This document shows positions 1-7,146 of a DNA stretch of 16,632 nt, piece by piece. Both the position numbers and the translations under genes were made by a program. The notes under the pieces are model-generated. The model saw nothing but the letters and a program-made list of their open reading frames with translations. It had not been told where the DNA came from and did not search any database. This DNA is from Candidatus Hadersleviella danica. Its GTDB lineage: Bacteria > Chloroflexota > Anaerolineae > Promineifilales > Promineifilaceae. Where the stretch lies: assembly GCA_016711405.1 (NCBI GenBank), contig JADJSZ010000094.1, positions 1 to 16,632 on the forward strand, written 5' to 3'. Each line of letters begins with the position of its first letter. Within the stretch, counting starts at the first letter, position 1.

Positions 1-138
1 CGTGCTATCCCATGACTTGCCCATAAATCCAAGTTCATAGGGTGGGTCGCAAACAATCGAATCAAAGTGATTGTCAGGGTATTTTTTTAGCACTTCGCGG
101 TTGTCCCCGTGGTGCAATGTGTAGCGGCTATTTTCCAT
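1..138 (-). CDS. DNA methyltransferase (N6-adenine/N4-cytosine, beta-class), N-terminal 46 codons only; the gene continues past the left edge
   Basis: The reverse complement of 1-138 translates to MENSRYTLHHGDNREVLKKYPDNHFDSIVCDPPYELGFMGKSWDST. This contains the catalytic motif IV 'DPPY' preceded by the hydrophobic run 'SIVC', the typical N-terminus of amino-MTases with the D12-class / beta domain order. The ATG is the complement of 136-138, with an AAGGAA Shine-Dalgarno 8 nt upstream. The six-frame track does not list it because it is under 60 aa inside the window. Confidence 0.75.
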   Translation of the reverse strand, partial: MENSRYTLHHGDNREVLKKYPDNHFDSIVCDPPYELGFMGKSWDST

Positions 139-164
139 GAGCAATTCCTTTGTGAGTGTGGGGG

Positions 165-356
165 TTATTCGACACCCATCTTGGCAAACATGCCGTGCCC
201 GACTGCTATCTCTGCACCGCTCTTGGGGCAGTCGAAAAGCAGGCGGCGCAATTCTTTCACCGTCATTTCTTGGTCGGAGATGTGAAAGAGAATTTGGCGC
301 AGTTCGTCGGCCGTGATGGTGGCAACTTCTTGGGTTTGGGGGTTGATTGTGGACAT
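165..356 (-). CDS. hypothetical 63-aa protein, immediately upstream of and co-oriented with the methyltransferase gene (probable two-gene operon)
   Basis: ATG with a GAGG Shine-Dalgarno ('gcgaggtatcATG' on the minus strand). Its stop lies 26 nt before the MTase ATG. A + strand ORF (156..428) overlaps it, but the minus-strand ORF has the better start context and fits the operon layout. No recognisable domain. Confidence 0.4.
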   Translation of the reverse strand: MSTINPQTQEVATITADELRQILFHISDQEMTVKELRRLLFDCPKSGAEIAVGHGMFAKMGVE

Positions 357-375
357 GATACCTCGCTTGCTGATA

Positions 376-391
376 CTGAACTTTCTGAACT
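376..391. repeat. CTGAACT-tt-CTGAACT direct repeat (9-bp phasing). Further copies at 472-478, 4976-4982 (opposite strand), 5230-5236/5239-5245 and 5337-5343
   Basis: Read directly from the sequence. All copies lie in the two non-coding regions and overlap the predicted -35 or spacer elements. Confidence 0.5.
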
Positions 392-461
392 ATCTAATCA
401 TACCAAAACGTTACATACAGGGCAATAGGCACGGCCGTTTTGCCCCAAATTGGTTTAGTAT

Positions 462-490
462 TTTACAAATCCTGAACTATTCTATACAAT
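462..490 (+). promoter_or_regulatory. putative sigma70-type promoter for the packaging operon (-35 TTTACA 462-467, 17-nt spacer, -10 TACAAT 485-490)
   Basis: Hexamers found by eye in the AT-rich divergent region. The spacer contains a CTGAACT copy (472-478). Confidence 0.3.
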
Positions 491-540
491 AAAAAGCGGT
501 AGACGGAAAAAATGAGGCAGAATCCAGTTACAGGGGCGGT

Positions 541-1254
541 GTGTTGGGTCACATCGCCCCACTTCCTATGCCACGGCCGACCTTTTTAGGCGGCCGTTTC
601 TTTTCCCCACACCCTATGGCAGATGCAGGGCGACCCCCCACCATAACCGATGACAGAATACTCAAGCGACTGCTTGAGGCGTTTGAGTGGGGCATGAACC
701 AAAAGGACGCGGCAAGGTACGCGGGCATTGCGCCCCAAACGCTATCGGCCGCGTTACGGCGCGGCCGTGAAGCGGACGAAGAAATGGCCGAGGGCGGGGC
801 GCGGGCTGGCAAAAAGCCGCTTACCAAAGATTGGCCATATGTGAGTTTTTACAGGCGGGTGGGGGAGGCGCGGTCAGTGATGGCGGCGCAAGCGGGGAAA
901 GCGGCCGTGAAACTGCTCAAGGGCGGCCGTAAGGTGACTGAGGTCACAACCGAGATTTACAGCATCATGGAAGCGGGGGAGGGCAAAGAACCCGTATTCG
1001 TGAAAGTAAAAGAGACGCGGGAAAGGCGGGTAGAAGAGTTACCCCCCGATTCGGCCATGACCCGCTTTGTCTTACAGCACAATTGGGGCAAGAGCGACGG
1101 CGCAAGCACGGCCGAAAGCGAGGGCGAGGGCGACACCATCAGCCCCGAACAGGCCGAGCAAGCCATGCAGAAACGGGCGGTGCAAGCGTTCGACGCTTTG
1201 CACTTGTTTGACGGCCTTGTGGAAGGGCAAGGGGAGGATGATACCTATGAGTAG
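541..1254 (+). CDS. terminase small subunit (putative). The start is uncertain: GTG at 541 with an AGGGG Shine-Dalgarno, or ATG at 616
   Basis: N-terminal HTH-like segment 'DDRILKRLLEAFEWGMNQKDAARYAGIAPQTLSAALRRG'. Acidic C-terminus. Its stop overlaps the start of the large terminase (ATGAGTAG). Position is immediately upstream of terL. Confidence 0.55.
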   Translation: MLGHIAPLPMPRPTFLGGRFFSPHPMADAGRPPTITDDRILKRLLEAFEWGMNQKDAARYAGIAPQTLSAALRRGREADEEMAEGGARAGKKPLTKDWPYVSFYRRVGEARSVMAAQAGKAAVKLLKGGRKVTEVTTEIYSIMEAGEGKEPVFVKVKETRERRVEELPPDSAMTRFVLQHNWGKSDGASTAESEGEGDTISPEQAEQAMQKRAVQAFDALHLFDGLVEGQGEDDTYE

Positions 1255-2702
1255 CCAACCACGAACCCCCACCAAACGCTTCCTGTTTCTGACCCAGCAC
1301 CTTGACTTGCCCCGCGCTTCGGGCGTTGACGATGCCCAATGGGAGCATTTTCAAGTGGCTCATTTGTGCGACGATGGGCAGTTCAGGATAGAGGACAAGA
1401 GCCGCCAAATTGCGTGGTCTTTTCTGGTGGCAATGGAAGCCACGGCCGAGGCCATTCTGGAAGGGCAAAGCTCCGTTTTCGTCTCTATCAATCTCGAGGA
1501 GGCCAGCGAAAAAATACGCTATGCCAAATCAGTTTTAGAGAACATCCAAAACTACAGGCTCCCCCAAATCATCCGCGACAACACTTTCGGCCTCGAGTTT
1601 GACAACGGGGCGCGGATTATGTCCCTGCCCTCGAGGGAGCCACGCGGCAAGGCGCGGATGAATGTCTACCTTGACGAGTTTTGTCACATCATGCGGGATA
1701 GGGCGATTTACTCAGCGGCCTTACCCATGATAAGCAAGGGCGGCCGTTTGCGGATTGGTTCAAGCCTGATGGGAGCGAGTGGGCAACATTGGGAAGTCAG
1801 CCAACAACGGTTACGGCCGTATCCGGGCTACACCCGCTCCGTAACCCCGTGGTGGAAAGTCAAGGCGTTTTCCAACGACGTGCGGACGGCTTACCAGCTT
1901 GCGCCCGAACATGCCCACGGCCGAGCGGGTGGAACGATTCGGCAACCAGCGCATTCGGGCAATTCACGACAACATGCACAGCGAAGATTTTCAACGCGAG
2001 TATGAATGTGTGTACGTGGACGAAACCAGCGCATGGTTCCCTTGGGAGGAGATTCAAGCCATTCAACAGCCCTCCCTCTACACGATTACGGCCGATACAC
2101 GGGGCGAAGCGGTGAGCAAGGCCATGAACGCCATAGCTGAGTTGAAAGCGGCCGTGACGCGGGGCGTGGTGGAAACGGCAATGGCCGTGGGCATAGACGT
2201 AGGGCGCACCCGCAACGCCACTGAAATCTTTGTGGTTGGTTGCACCACAACCGATACCTACCCCTTGCGCCTGACCCTCACCCTTGAAAATGCCAGTTTC
2301 GACACCCAGCTTGCGGTAGCGGCGGCCGTGTTCGACACCTTGCCCATTAAGAAAGGGTACATAGACCAGAACGGTATCGGCCGTAACCTTGCCGAGCGGC
2401 TCGAGAAACGCTTCCCCAGCAAGGTTGAGGGCGTGGATTTTACGGTGCAATCTAAAACGGTTTGGGCGACTGATGCAAAAATGCTTGCCCAACAACTCAA
2501 GGCCATTATCCCCGCTAACAGGGACTTGGCTTACCAGATTCATTCAATTAAGCGCACGATAACGGGCGCGAAAAACATGGTTTTCGACACCGACCGCACC
2601 GAAAAGCACCATGCCGATAAGTTTTGGGCATGGGCGTTGGCTCTTTCGGCCGCACGGGTCAAGGTCATGGTTCCTCGAGAATTTTCTAATCCAAGGCGGT
2701 GA
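1247..2702 (+). CDS. terminase large subunit (lambda gpA / Terminase_6-like), interrupted by an apparent +1 frameshift between about 1845 and 1905. Segment 1247..2005 is in frame 2 and 1845..2702 in frame 0
   Basis: The N-terminal half has the deviant P-loop 'DKSRQIAWS' (compare lambda gpA KSARVGYS) and a Walker B 'MNVYLDEF'. The C-terminal half has 'FQREYECVYVDE' and nuclease-domain acidic motifs 'AVGIDVGRT', 'GYIDQNGIG' and 'HHADKFWAWA'. The two halves are in different frames; frame 0 opens at 1845, directly after a TAA, at a CCCC run. The combined length is about 485 aa. SD GGAGG lies upstream of ATG 1247. Confidence 0.8.
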
Positions 2703-2706
2703 CAAG

Positions 2707-4144
2707 ATGATTGAAATTACAAAAGAGATGGATAAGCGGCTGATGGGCATGATAATGGGCGAAGTGGCCAATTACATGCAATCGGTTGCGCCCACTTTGA
2801 GCCAACGGCCGAAACTGGCCGCCATGCAATCCATTGGTGGCTACACGGGCGGGGCGATAAACCGCACAACGCACGGCGGCGATAGGGAGATTGATACCGT
2901 GCTGGGGCGCACAGCAACCGATTCGGCCACGTTTGATGTGTTTATGACGTGGTTCAAGCGCGACCCCGTGGCCAATGCCATGATTAGCAAGCCCGTATCG
3001 GCCACATGGCGACGGCCGCCCCAAATTACCGACGGGGATGCAAACGATACCCCGTTTTGCAAAGGCTGGAAGCAATTGGTCAAGCAAAAGAAGATTTGGA
3101 CAACGTTCCCCCGCCTTGACCGCCTCGCCATGTTGGGCAAGTACGCGGTTTTGCTCATTGGCTTTTCAGATGTCAAGAGCGACGCGGATTTAGCCACGGC
3201 CGTTAAGGAAAAGCAATTCAAGCGCGGTTTGGACGATGTCTACTTTTTGCGGCCGTATGGCGAAGACCAGATTAAGAAGATAACGAACAATGTTGACCCT
3301 TCCAGCCGTCGCTATGGCTTGCCCGAAACCTACACCCTCGTTGAAAGCATTGTCGTTTCCAGTGACGCGGCTCCTACCACCAAAGAGATAGATGTGCATT
3401 GGAGCCGTATCATTCACGCGGCCGATAGCACCATGCAAAGCGGCCTTGGAGGGGATTCCCTTTCTCTTGCCCGTCTTAGATGACCTCGAGGATTTGGCCA
3501 AGACCATTGGCGGCGCGGCTGAATCGGTTTGGCGGGCGAGTGGGCAAGATATTGTCATGGCCATGAATGAGGGCTATGAGTTCCCCACCGAAGCCGCCCG
3601 CGAAGATTTTACCGAGCAATTGCGCGACCGTGTCAATCAGCTTGTGCGGTCAATTATCACTACAGGCGGCAATCCCCAAATCGTTCACGCCACGGCCGTT
3701 GACCCGACGGGCATTGTGACCGCCATTTACAAGCGGCTTTCGGGCTACAGTGCCATCCCCTTGCGTATTCTGTTAGGGAGCGAGGCGGGGCGGCTGGCCA
3801 GTGACCAAGACGAAGGGAATTGGGCGGCGCACATTGCGGCGCGGCAAGTGGAGTATGCGGAGGATAGTATCTTGCGGCCGTTCATTGACCAGATGGTTTA
3901 CACGGGGGTATTGCCCGCGCCTGAGAGCGACGAAGGCTACGACGTGGGCACGTATGACCCCAAACACGACGCATGGATTTGGCCGAGCATTGAAGAAGCC
4001 AATGAAATGGAAAAAGCCGAAATTGCGGACAAGCGGGCGAGTGCCATGCAGAAAGCGGCCGATGTCGCGGCCGTCAACGGTTCCTTGGATGACAACGACG
4101 TGCGCGGCTTTGGCGGCTTGCCCCCCCGCGAAGATGAGGCGTAA
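2707..4144 (+). CDS. portal protein (probable; DUF1073 / HI1409-like by gestalt and position), interrupted by an apparent +1 frameshift near 3449-3453 (GGGG). Segment 2707..3483 is in frame 1 and 3392..4144 in frame 2
   Basis: It sits directly downstream of terL (stop 2702, ATG 2707 with a GGTGA Shine-Dalgarno). The two consecutive ORFs together give about 479 aa. The C-terminal part 'SAIPLRILLGSEAGRLASDQDEGNW...ILRPFIDQ' and 'GIPFLLPVLDDLEDLAKTIGGAAE' resembles portal C-terminal regions. The assignment rests on gene order and motifs, not on a search. Confidence 0.6.
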
Positions 4145-4147
4145 CCC

Positions 4148-4897
4148 ATGCCCACGCCTGACCTCTCATTCACCCCGCCCAACGACGGCGAAATAGCGGC
4201 CGATGTGCGCCAATCGTTTGCCCGTGTGGAAACGATTGGCCGCGTCATGGCTCTATGGGGCAAGTACGCCTCGTTGAAAGACTTGCCCCGCTATCCGCTC
4301 GACCCGCAAACGGGGCAATTCGTGCAACCAAACGGCCGCTTGCTCCCCTTTGCCGTGGTTCGTGCCAATGTGCAACGGCTGGCCAATGGCGTAGGGCGGG
4401 GCGAATTGGGGGAGATGACCAAGCGGCTCCAAAAGGGCAACGTGCCCCTTGCCGAGTGGTACAGCACCATGCGCGATACCAGCCGTGACGCTTATTTAGC
4501 GGCCGTGCTGGTTGCCTTGGGCGGGATTAGCCGACTGACCGCCACAACGCCCCAAGCGTGGGAGGGGGTGTACCAGCTTGCCGAGTTTCAAGAGCGCAAG
4601 CTCAGGGATATGGCCGTGGATTTGCAACGGGATTGGGAGGGGAAAAACACGGCCGCTTACAGCCGGGCAATCATGTACGGCGCGGCCGTGTATGGCGTGT
4701 TTGGCAACAGCAACCGCTTCTTAATGGACATTTTGGGCTTTAACCAAGAGCGGCGGGTGTTGGCTCCAGCCGAGCATTGTACCGATTGTGTGGGCTATGC
4801 CAGCGTGGGCTGGCGGCCGATAAATTCACTCCCCCCCATTGGCGATAGCAAGTGCCTATCCTATTGCCATTGCAGTTTTAGATTTAGGCGGGTGTAA
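4148..4897 (+). CDS. head morphogenesis protein, phage Mu F / SPP1 gp7 family (minor capsid protein)
   Basis: Position after the portal. C-terminal signature 'EHCTDCVGYASVGW...PPIGDSKCLSYCHCSF' matches the C-x2-C ... PP ... C-x3-C-x-C motif of Mu-F-like proteins. 'LAEWYSTMRD' lies in the core. Confidence 0.7.
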   Translation: MPTPDLSFTPPNDGEIAADVRQSFARVETIGRVMALWGKYASLKDLPRYPLDPQTGQFVQPNGRLLPFAVVRANVQRLANGVGRGELGEMTKRLQKGNVPLAEWYSTMRDTSRDAYLAAVLVALGGISRLTATTPQAWEGVYQLAEFQERKLRDMAVDLQRDWEGKNTAAYSRAIMYGAAVYGVFGNSNRFLMDILGFNQERRVLAPAEHCTDCVGYASVGWRPINSLPPIGDSKCLSYCHCSFRFRRV

Positions 4898-4917
4898 CTG
4901 GCCAGACTACGCCCGCC
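4887..4917 (+). terminator. hairpin overlapping the gp7 stop codon (stem GGCGGGTGTA / TACGCCCGCC, 11-nt loop), not followed by a U-tract. It may be a weak terminator or an RNA-stability element
   Basis: Inverted repeat read from the sequence. The missing T-run is why confidence is low. Confidence 0.2.
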
Positions 4918-5228
4918 TCCCATATATAGATTGTTCCCCTGCTTGTTGCCGTTGTCACCTCCTTTTGCAGTGAAGTACAGTTCAGATTGTAGCACAAAAT
5001 AAACCAGTCTATGTCTATCAACCACTTAAACCCCCTGACCGCCTCCGATATTTTCAAGCGTGTAACCAATGCCGATAGCGGCCGTGCCTACATGGTGCAA
5101 GCTGACGTATGTGGTCATTGATGGGCAAATCATGGTGCAAACCGTCGCCCCCCACCGCTTCGAGATGAAACAAGGGGTAAGCATGTACGCCGTGTTGGGC
5201 GAGCTGACCGACGCGCTAAATCCTGCTC

Positions 5229-5258
5229 TTGAACTTTCTGAACCGACTGCGGTATAAT
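5229..5258 (+). promoter_or_regulatory. putative promoter P1 (-35 TTGAAC 5229-5234, 18-nt spacer, -10 TATAAT 5253-5258)
   Basis: Near-consensus hexamers. The -35 element and spacer are themselves built from a TTGAACT-tt-CTGAACC direct repeat. Confidence 0.35.
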
Positions 5259-5280
5259 CTTTTTTCAGTCTCCTCTCTGC

Positions 5281-5328
5281 GGCCGTTGGTTAGTGACCCA
5301 AAACTAGCCAACGGCCTATTTTTTTTGG
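5281..5328 (+). terminator. rho-independent terminator T1 (13-bp stem 5281-5293 / 5304-5316, 10-nt loop, then TATTTTTTTTTT)
   Basis: GGCCGTTGGTTAG ... CTAGCCAACGGCC is perfectly complementary apart from one G-U pair, followed by a 10-T run. It lies only about 20 nt downstream of the P1 -10 element. Confidence 0.7.
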
Positions 5329-5345
5329 CTATTTTTCTGAACTTC

Positions 5346-5374
5346 TTGACCTGTTTTTGATTTTCGTTTACACT
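5346..5374 (+). promoter_or_regulatory. putative promoter P2 (-35 TTGACC 5346-5351, 17-nt spacer, -10 TACACT 5369-5374), with a CTGAACT copy abutting the -35 element
   Basis: Hexamers and spacing read from the sequence. The predicted transcription start is about 5381. Confidence 0.35.
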
Positions 5375-5458
5375 ACTATGCGATAGGCAAATTGTTTGCC
5401 ACCAATCGAATAACACCAATTCCCGTTAGGCCGTGAATCGGCCGTCTACCACCCAAAA

Positions 5459-5502
5459 GGCGGGCACACAACCAAAAAGTGTTGTGTGCCCGCCTTTTTT
5501 TT
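5459..5502 (+). terminator. rho-independent terminator T2 (perfect 14-bp stem GGCGGGCACACAAC / GTTGTGTGCCCGCC, 8-nt loop, 8 Ts), ending 11 nt before the ATG of the scaffold gene
   Basis: Perfect inverted repeat plus TTTTTTTT, read directly from the sequence. Confidence 0.8.
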
Positions 5503-5512
5503 GTTTCCACCT

Positions 5513-6709
5513 ATGGAACCCGAACAAACAGGCGAATCCACAACCCCAGAGCAAGAGCAAACGGCCACCGAAACCCATGCGGCCGTCGCCCTTGCCGCGC
5601 CCGTCATGGTTAACCATGCCCTGCAAATCAACCGCGCCGCCATCCGCTACGAAGCGTTCAATGGCGACAACTTCATGGTTGCCCCGTTCGTGGGCGCGGT
5701 CGAAGGGGTAATGAACGGGGCACTGATTTTGGCCAGCGAGTTAGAGCAGAGCGCACCGCTCTACCCCGATAGCCCTGTTGTTGTAGGCCATCCCACGGTA
5801 AACGGTGCGCCTATCAGTGCCAAGGGTCAGCCCATCCCCAAAATCGGCCGGGTCTACAACACGGCCGTGGATGGTGACAGGTTGACGGGCGAGTTATGGG
5901 TGAGCCAACGCGCCGCCCAATCTGCCCCCCGTGGCCAAGAGGTACTAGACAACCTCGCTACGGGCAAGGTCAACGAAGTGAGTTGGGGCTGGTGGATGCA
6001 AGCCGAGCCAGCCCAAGGGGAGTTTAAGGGCAAGCCCTACGCCGTCATCGGCCGCAATTTTATCCCCGACCACTTAGCCATTTTGTTAGATGTGCCCGGC
6101 GCGTGTTCTGTAGCCGACGGCTGTGGAACGCTCCGAGCTAATCAAGCCCTGACCGTCAACTGCGATTGCGGTTGCTCTGGGCATGTCGTCAATCCCAATC
6201 CATCAATCACAGGAGAAAAAACTATGACGGGTAACACCCAAGTAGACGCTCCCATTGAAGAGGACGAGGTTGTTGACGCTGTGGAAACGAGTGGGGCGCA
6301 AATCCCCGCCCCGACTGCCCCAGCGCAACCCGATTCCGCTTCTTTGGAAGTGAACCAAGTGCAAGCGGTGAAAGCCGAGCTTGCCAAACTGGCTGATTCG
6401 TTTGCCAAAACAAATCAGTTGGTTGCCAACCAGAACAAGCTCATTGAAGAGCTGTTAGGCGAACGGAAAACCCAAAAGCAACAGGCGCGTGAAGCGCAAA
6501 TTGCTGAACTGGCCACCTACGCCAATCAGCCGTTCAGCGTGGCCACGTTGAAAACTTTCAGCGACGAAGCCCTTGCTGAACTCGAGGGCAAGTTCCGCCC
6601 CGCTTACATGGCGGGCATGGGCATGAGCATCAACGGCCGCACCACGACCGCTGACCCCAACATGGGCTATGCGCCCGCCGCGCCCTATCTCTTTGGGGAG
6701 GTGAAGTAA
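5513..6709 (+). CDS. putative scaffolding / prohead-protease-like protein (DUF2213-like gestalt)
   Basis: Acidic Pro/Glu/Thr-rich N-terminus. A central domain ('VSWGWWMQAE', 'FIPDHLAILLD'). A Cys cluster 'CSVADGCGTLRANQALTVNCDCGCSGH'. A low-complexity Pro/Ala linker. A C-terminal coiled-coil-like Ala/Glu/Lys/Gln region typical of scaffolds. It lies just upstream of the capsid gene. There is no Shine-Dalgarno; the start codon follows T2. Confidence 0.5.
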   Translation: MEPEQTGESTTPEQEQTATETHAAVALAAPVMVNHALQINRAAIRYEAFNGDNFMVAPFVGAVEGVMNGALILASELEQSAPLYPDSPVVVGHPTVNGAPISAKGQPIPKIGRVYNTAVDGDRLTGELWVSQRAAQSAPRGQEVLDNLATGKVNEVSWGWWMQAEPAQGEFKGKPYAVIGRNFIPDHLAILLDVPGACSVADGCGTLRANQALTVNCDCGCSGHVVNPNPSITGEKTMTGNTQVDAPIEEDEVVDAVETSGAQIPAPTAPAQPDSASLEVNQVQAVKAELAKLADSFAKTNQLVANQNKLIEELLGERKTQKQQAREAQIAELATYANQPFSVATLKTFSDEALAELEGKFRPAYMAGMGMSINGRTTTADPNMGYAPAAPYLFGEVK

Positions 6710-7144
6710 ATGACTACCACAACGGGTAATCCCTACACCATTTTCCTGACAGGCCGCGACCGCACCGTTTTTGACGAAGTGGCCGTGACCGATGCCGTGG
6801 TTAAGCCCGGCATGTTCTTGGCTCGCACAGCCACAGGCGCACGGCCGCAAAACGTAGCCGCCGCCGCCGCTCCCTCGCTGGTTGCCACCGAAGCCACCGT
6901 ATTCGAGGGCACGATTGAAACCGAATTAGCCGTGGGCGAACGGGTTCAGTTTGGCAACGCCTCGGGTTGTCACGTCTACGCCATCTTGCTTTCGGGCGAG
7001 AACGTGGCCGCTGGTGCGAAGTTGACCCACGACGGCACGGGCAAATTGGCCGCCCTCGGGGTTGACGAAGTTTGGATTGCGACCGCCTTAGAAGCGGTAG
7101 ACGCAAGCGCGGCGGATAAACGAATCCGCGTGGAGGTGCTGTAA
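6710..7144 (+). CDS. small head-associated protein (possibly a decoration or auxiliary capsid protein), 144 aa
   Basis: GGAGGTG Shine-Dalgarno. The start overlaps the upstream stop (TAAATG). It lies between the scaffold and the major capsid gene. Function is inferred from position only. Confidence 0.45.
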   Translation: MTTTTGNPYTIFLTGRDRTVFDEVAVTDAVVKPGMFLARTATGARPQNVAAAAAPSLVATEATVFEGTIETELAVGERVQFGNASGCHVYAILLSGENVAAGAKLTHDGTGKLAALGVDEVWIATALEAVDASAADKRIRVEVL

Positions 7145-7146
7145 CC

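Noticed and set aside
156-428. 90-aa + strand ORF overlapping the 63-aa minus-strand ORF
   Set aside because: Its start context is poorer. The minus-strand ORF forms a tidy operon with the methyltransferase (SD GAGG, 26-nt gap to an AAGGAA-ATG). Neither can be proven without comparative data, so the minus ORF itself is given only 0.4.
1845-2005. terL encoded as two genuinely separate overlapping genes (ATPase and nuclease) rather than a frameshifted single gene
   Set aside because: The downstream segment has no independent start with a ribosome-binding site; the track start is an internal TTG. Its frame opens immediately after a stop at a homopolymer. Four other genes show the same +1 pattern. 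Split terminases of this family are not known to me.
1860-2543. 227-aa minus-strand ORF antisense to terL
   Set aside because: Shadow ORF inside a well-supported terminase nuclease domain. Composition is junk-like.
3801-4196. Lys/Arg-rich 131-aa + strand ORF in an alternative frame of the portal gene
   Set aside because: An off-frame translation of GC-rich coding sequence, which gives basic residues. The real frame shows portal-like motifs.
4898-5512. tRNA or CRISPR array in the gene-free island
   Set aside because: There is no cloverleaf with a GTTCRANYC T-loop flanked by proper stems. The 'GTTCAGATT' at 4977-4985 lacks a T-stem. There are no regularly spaced repeats of CRISPR length, only two 10-mers and the 7-mer operator-like repeats.
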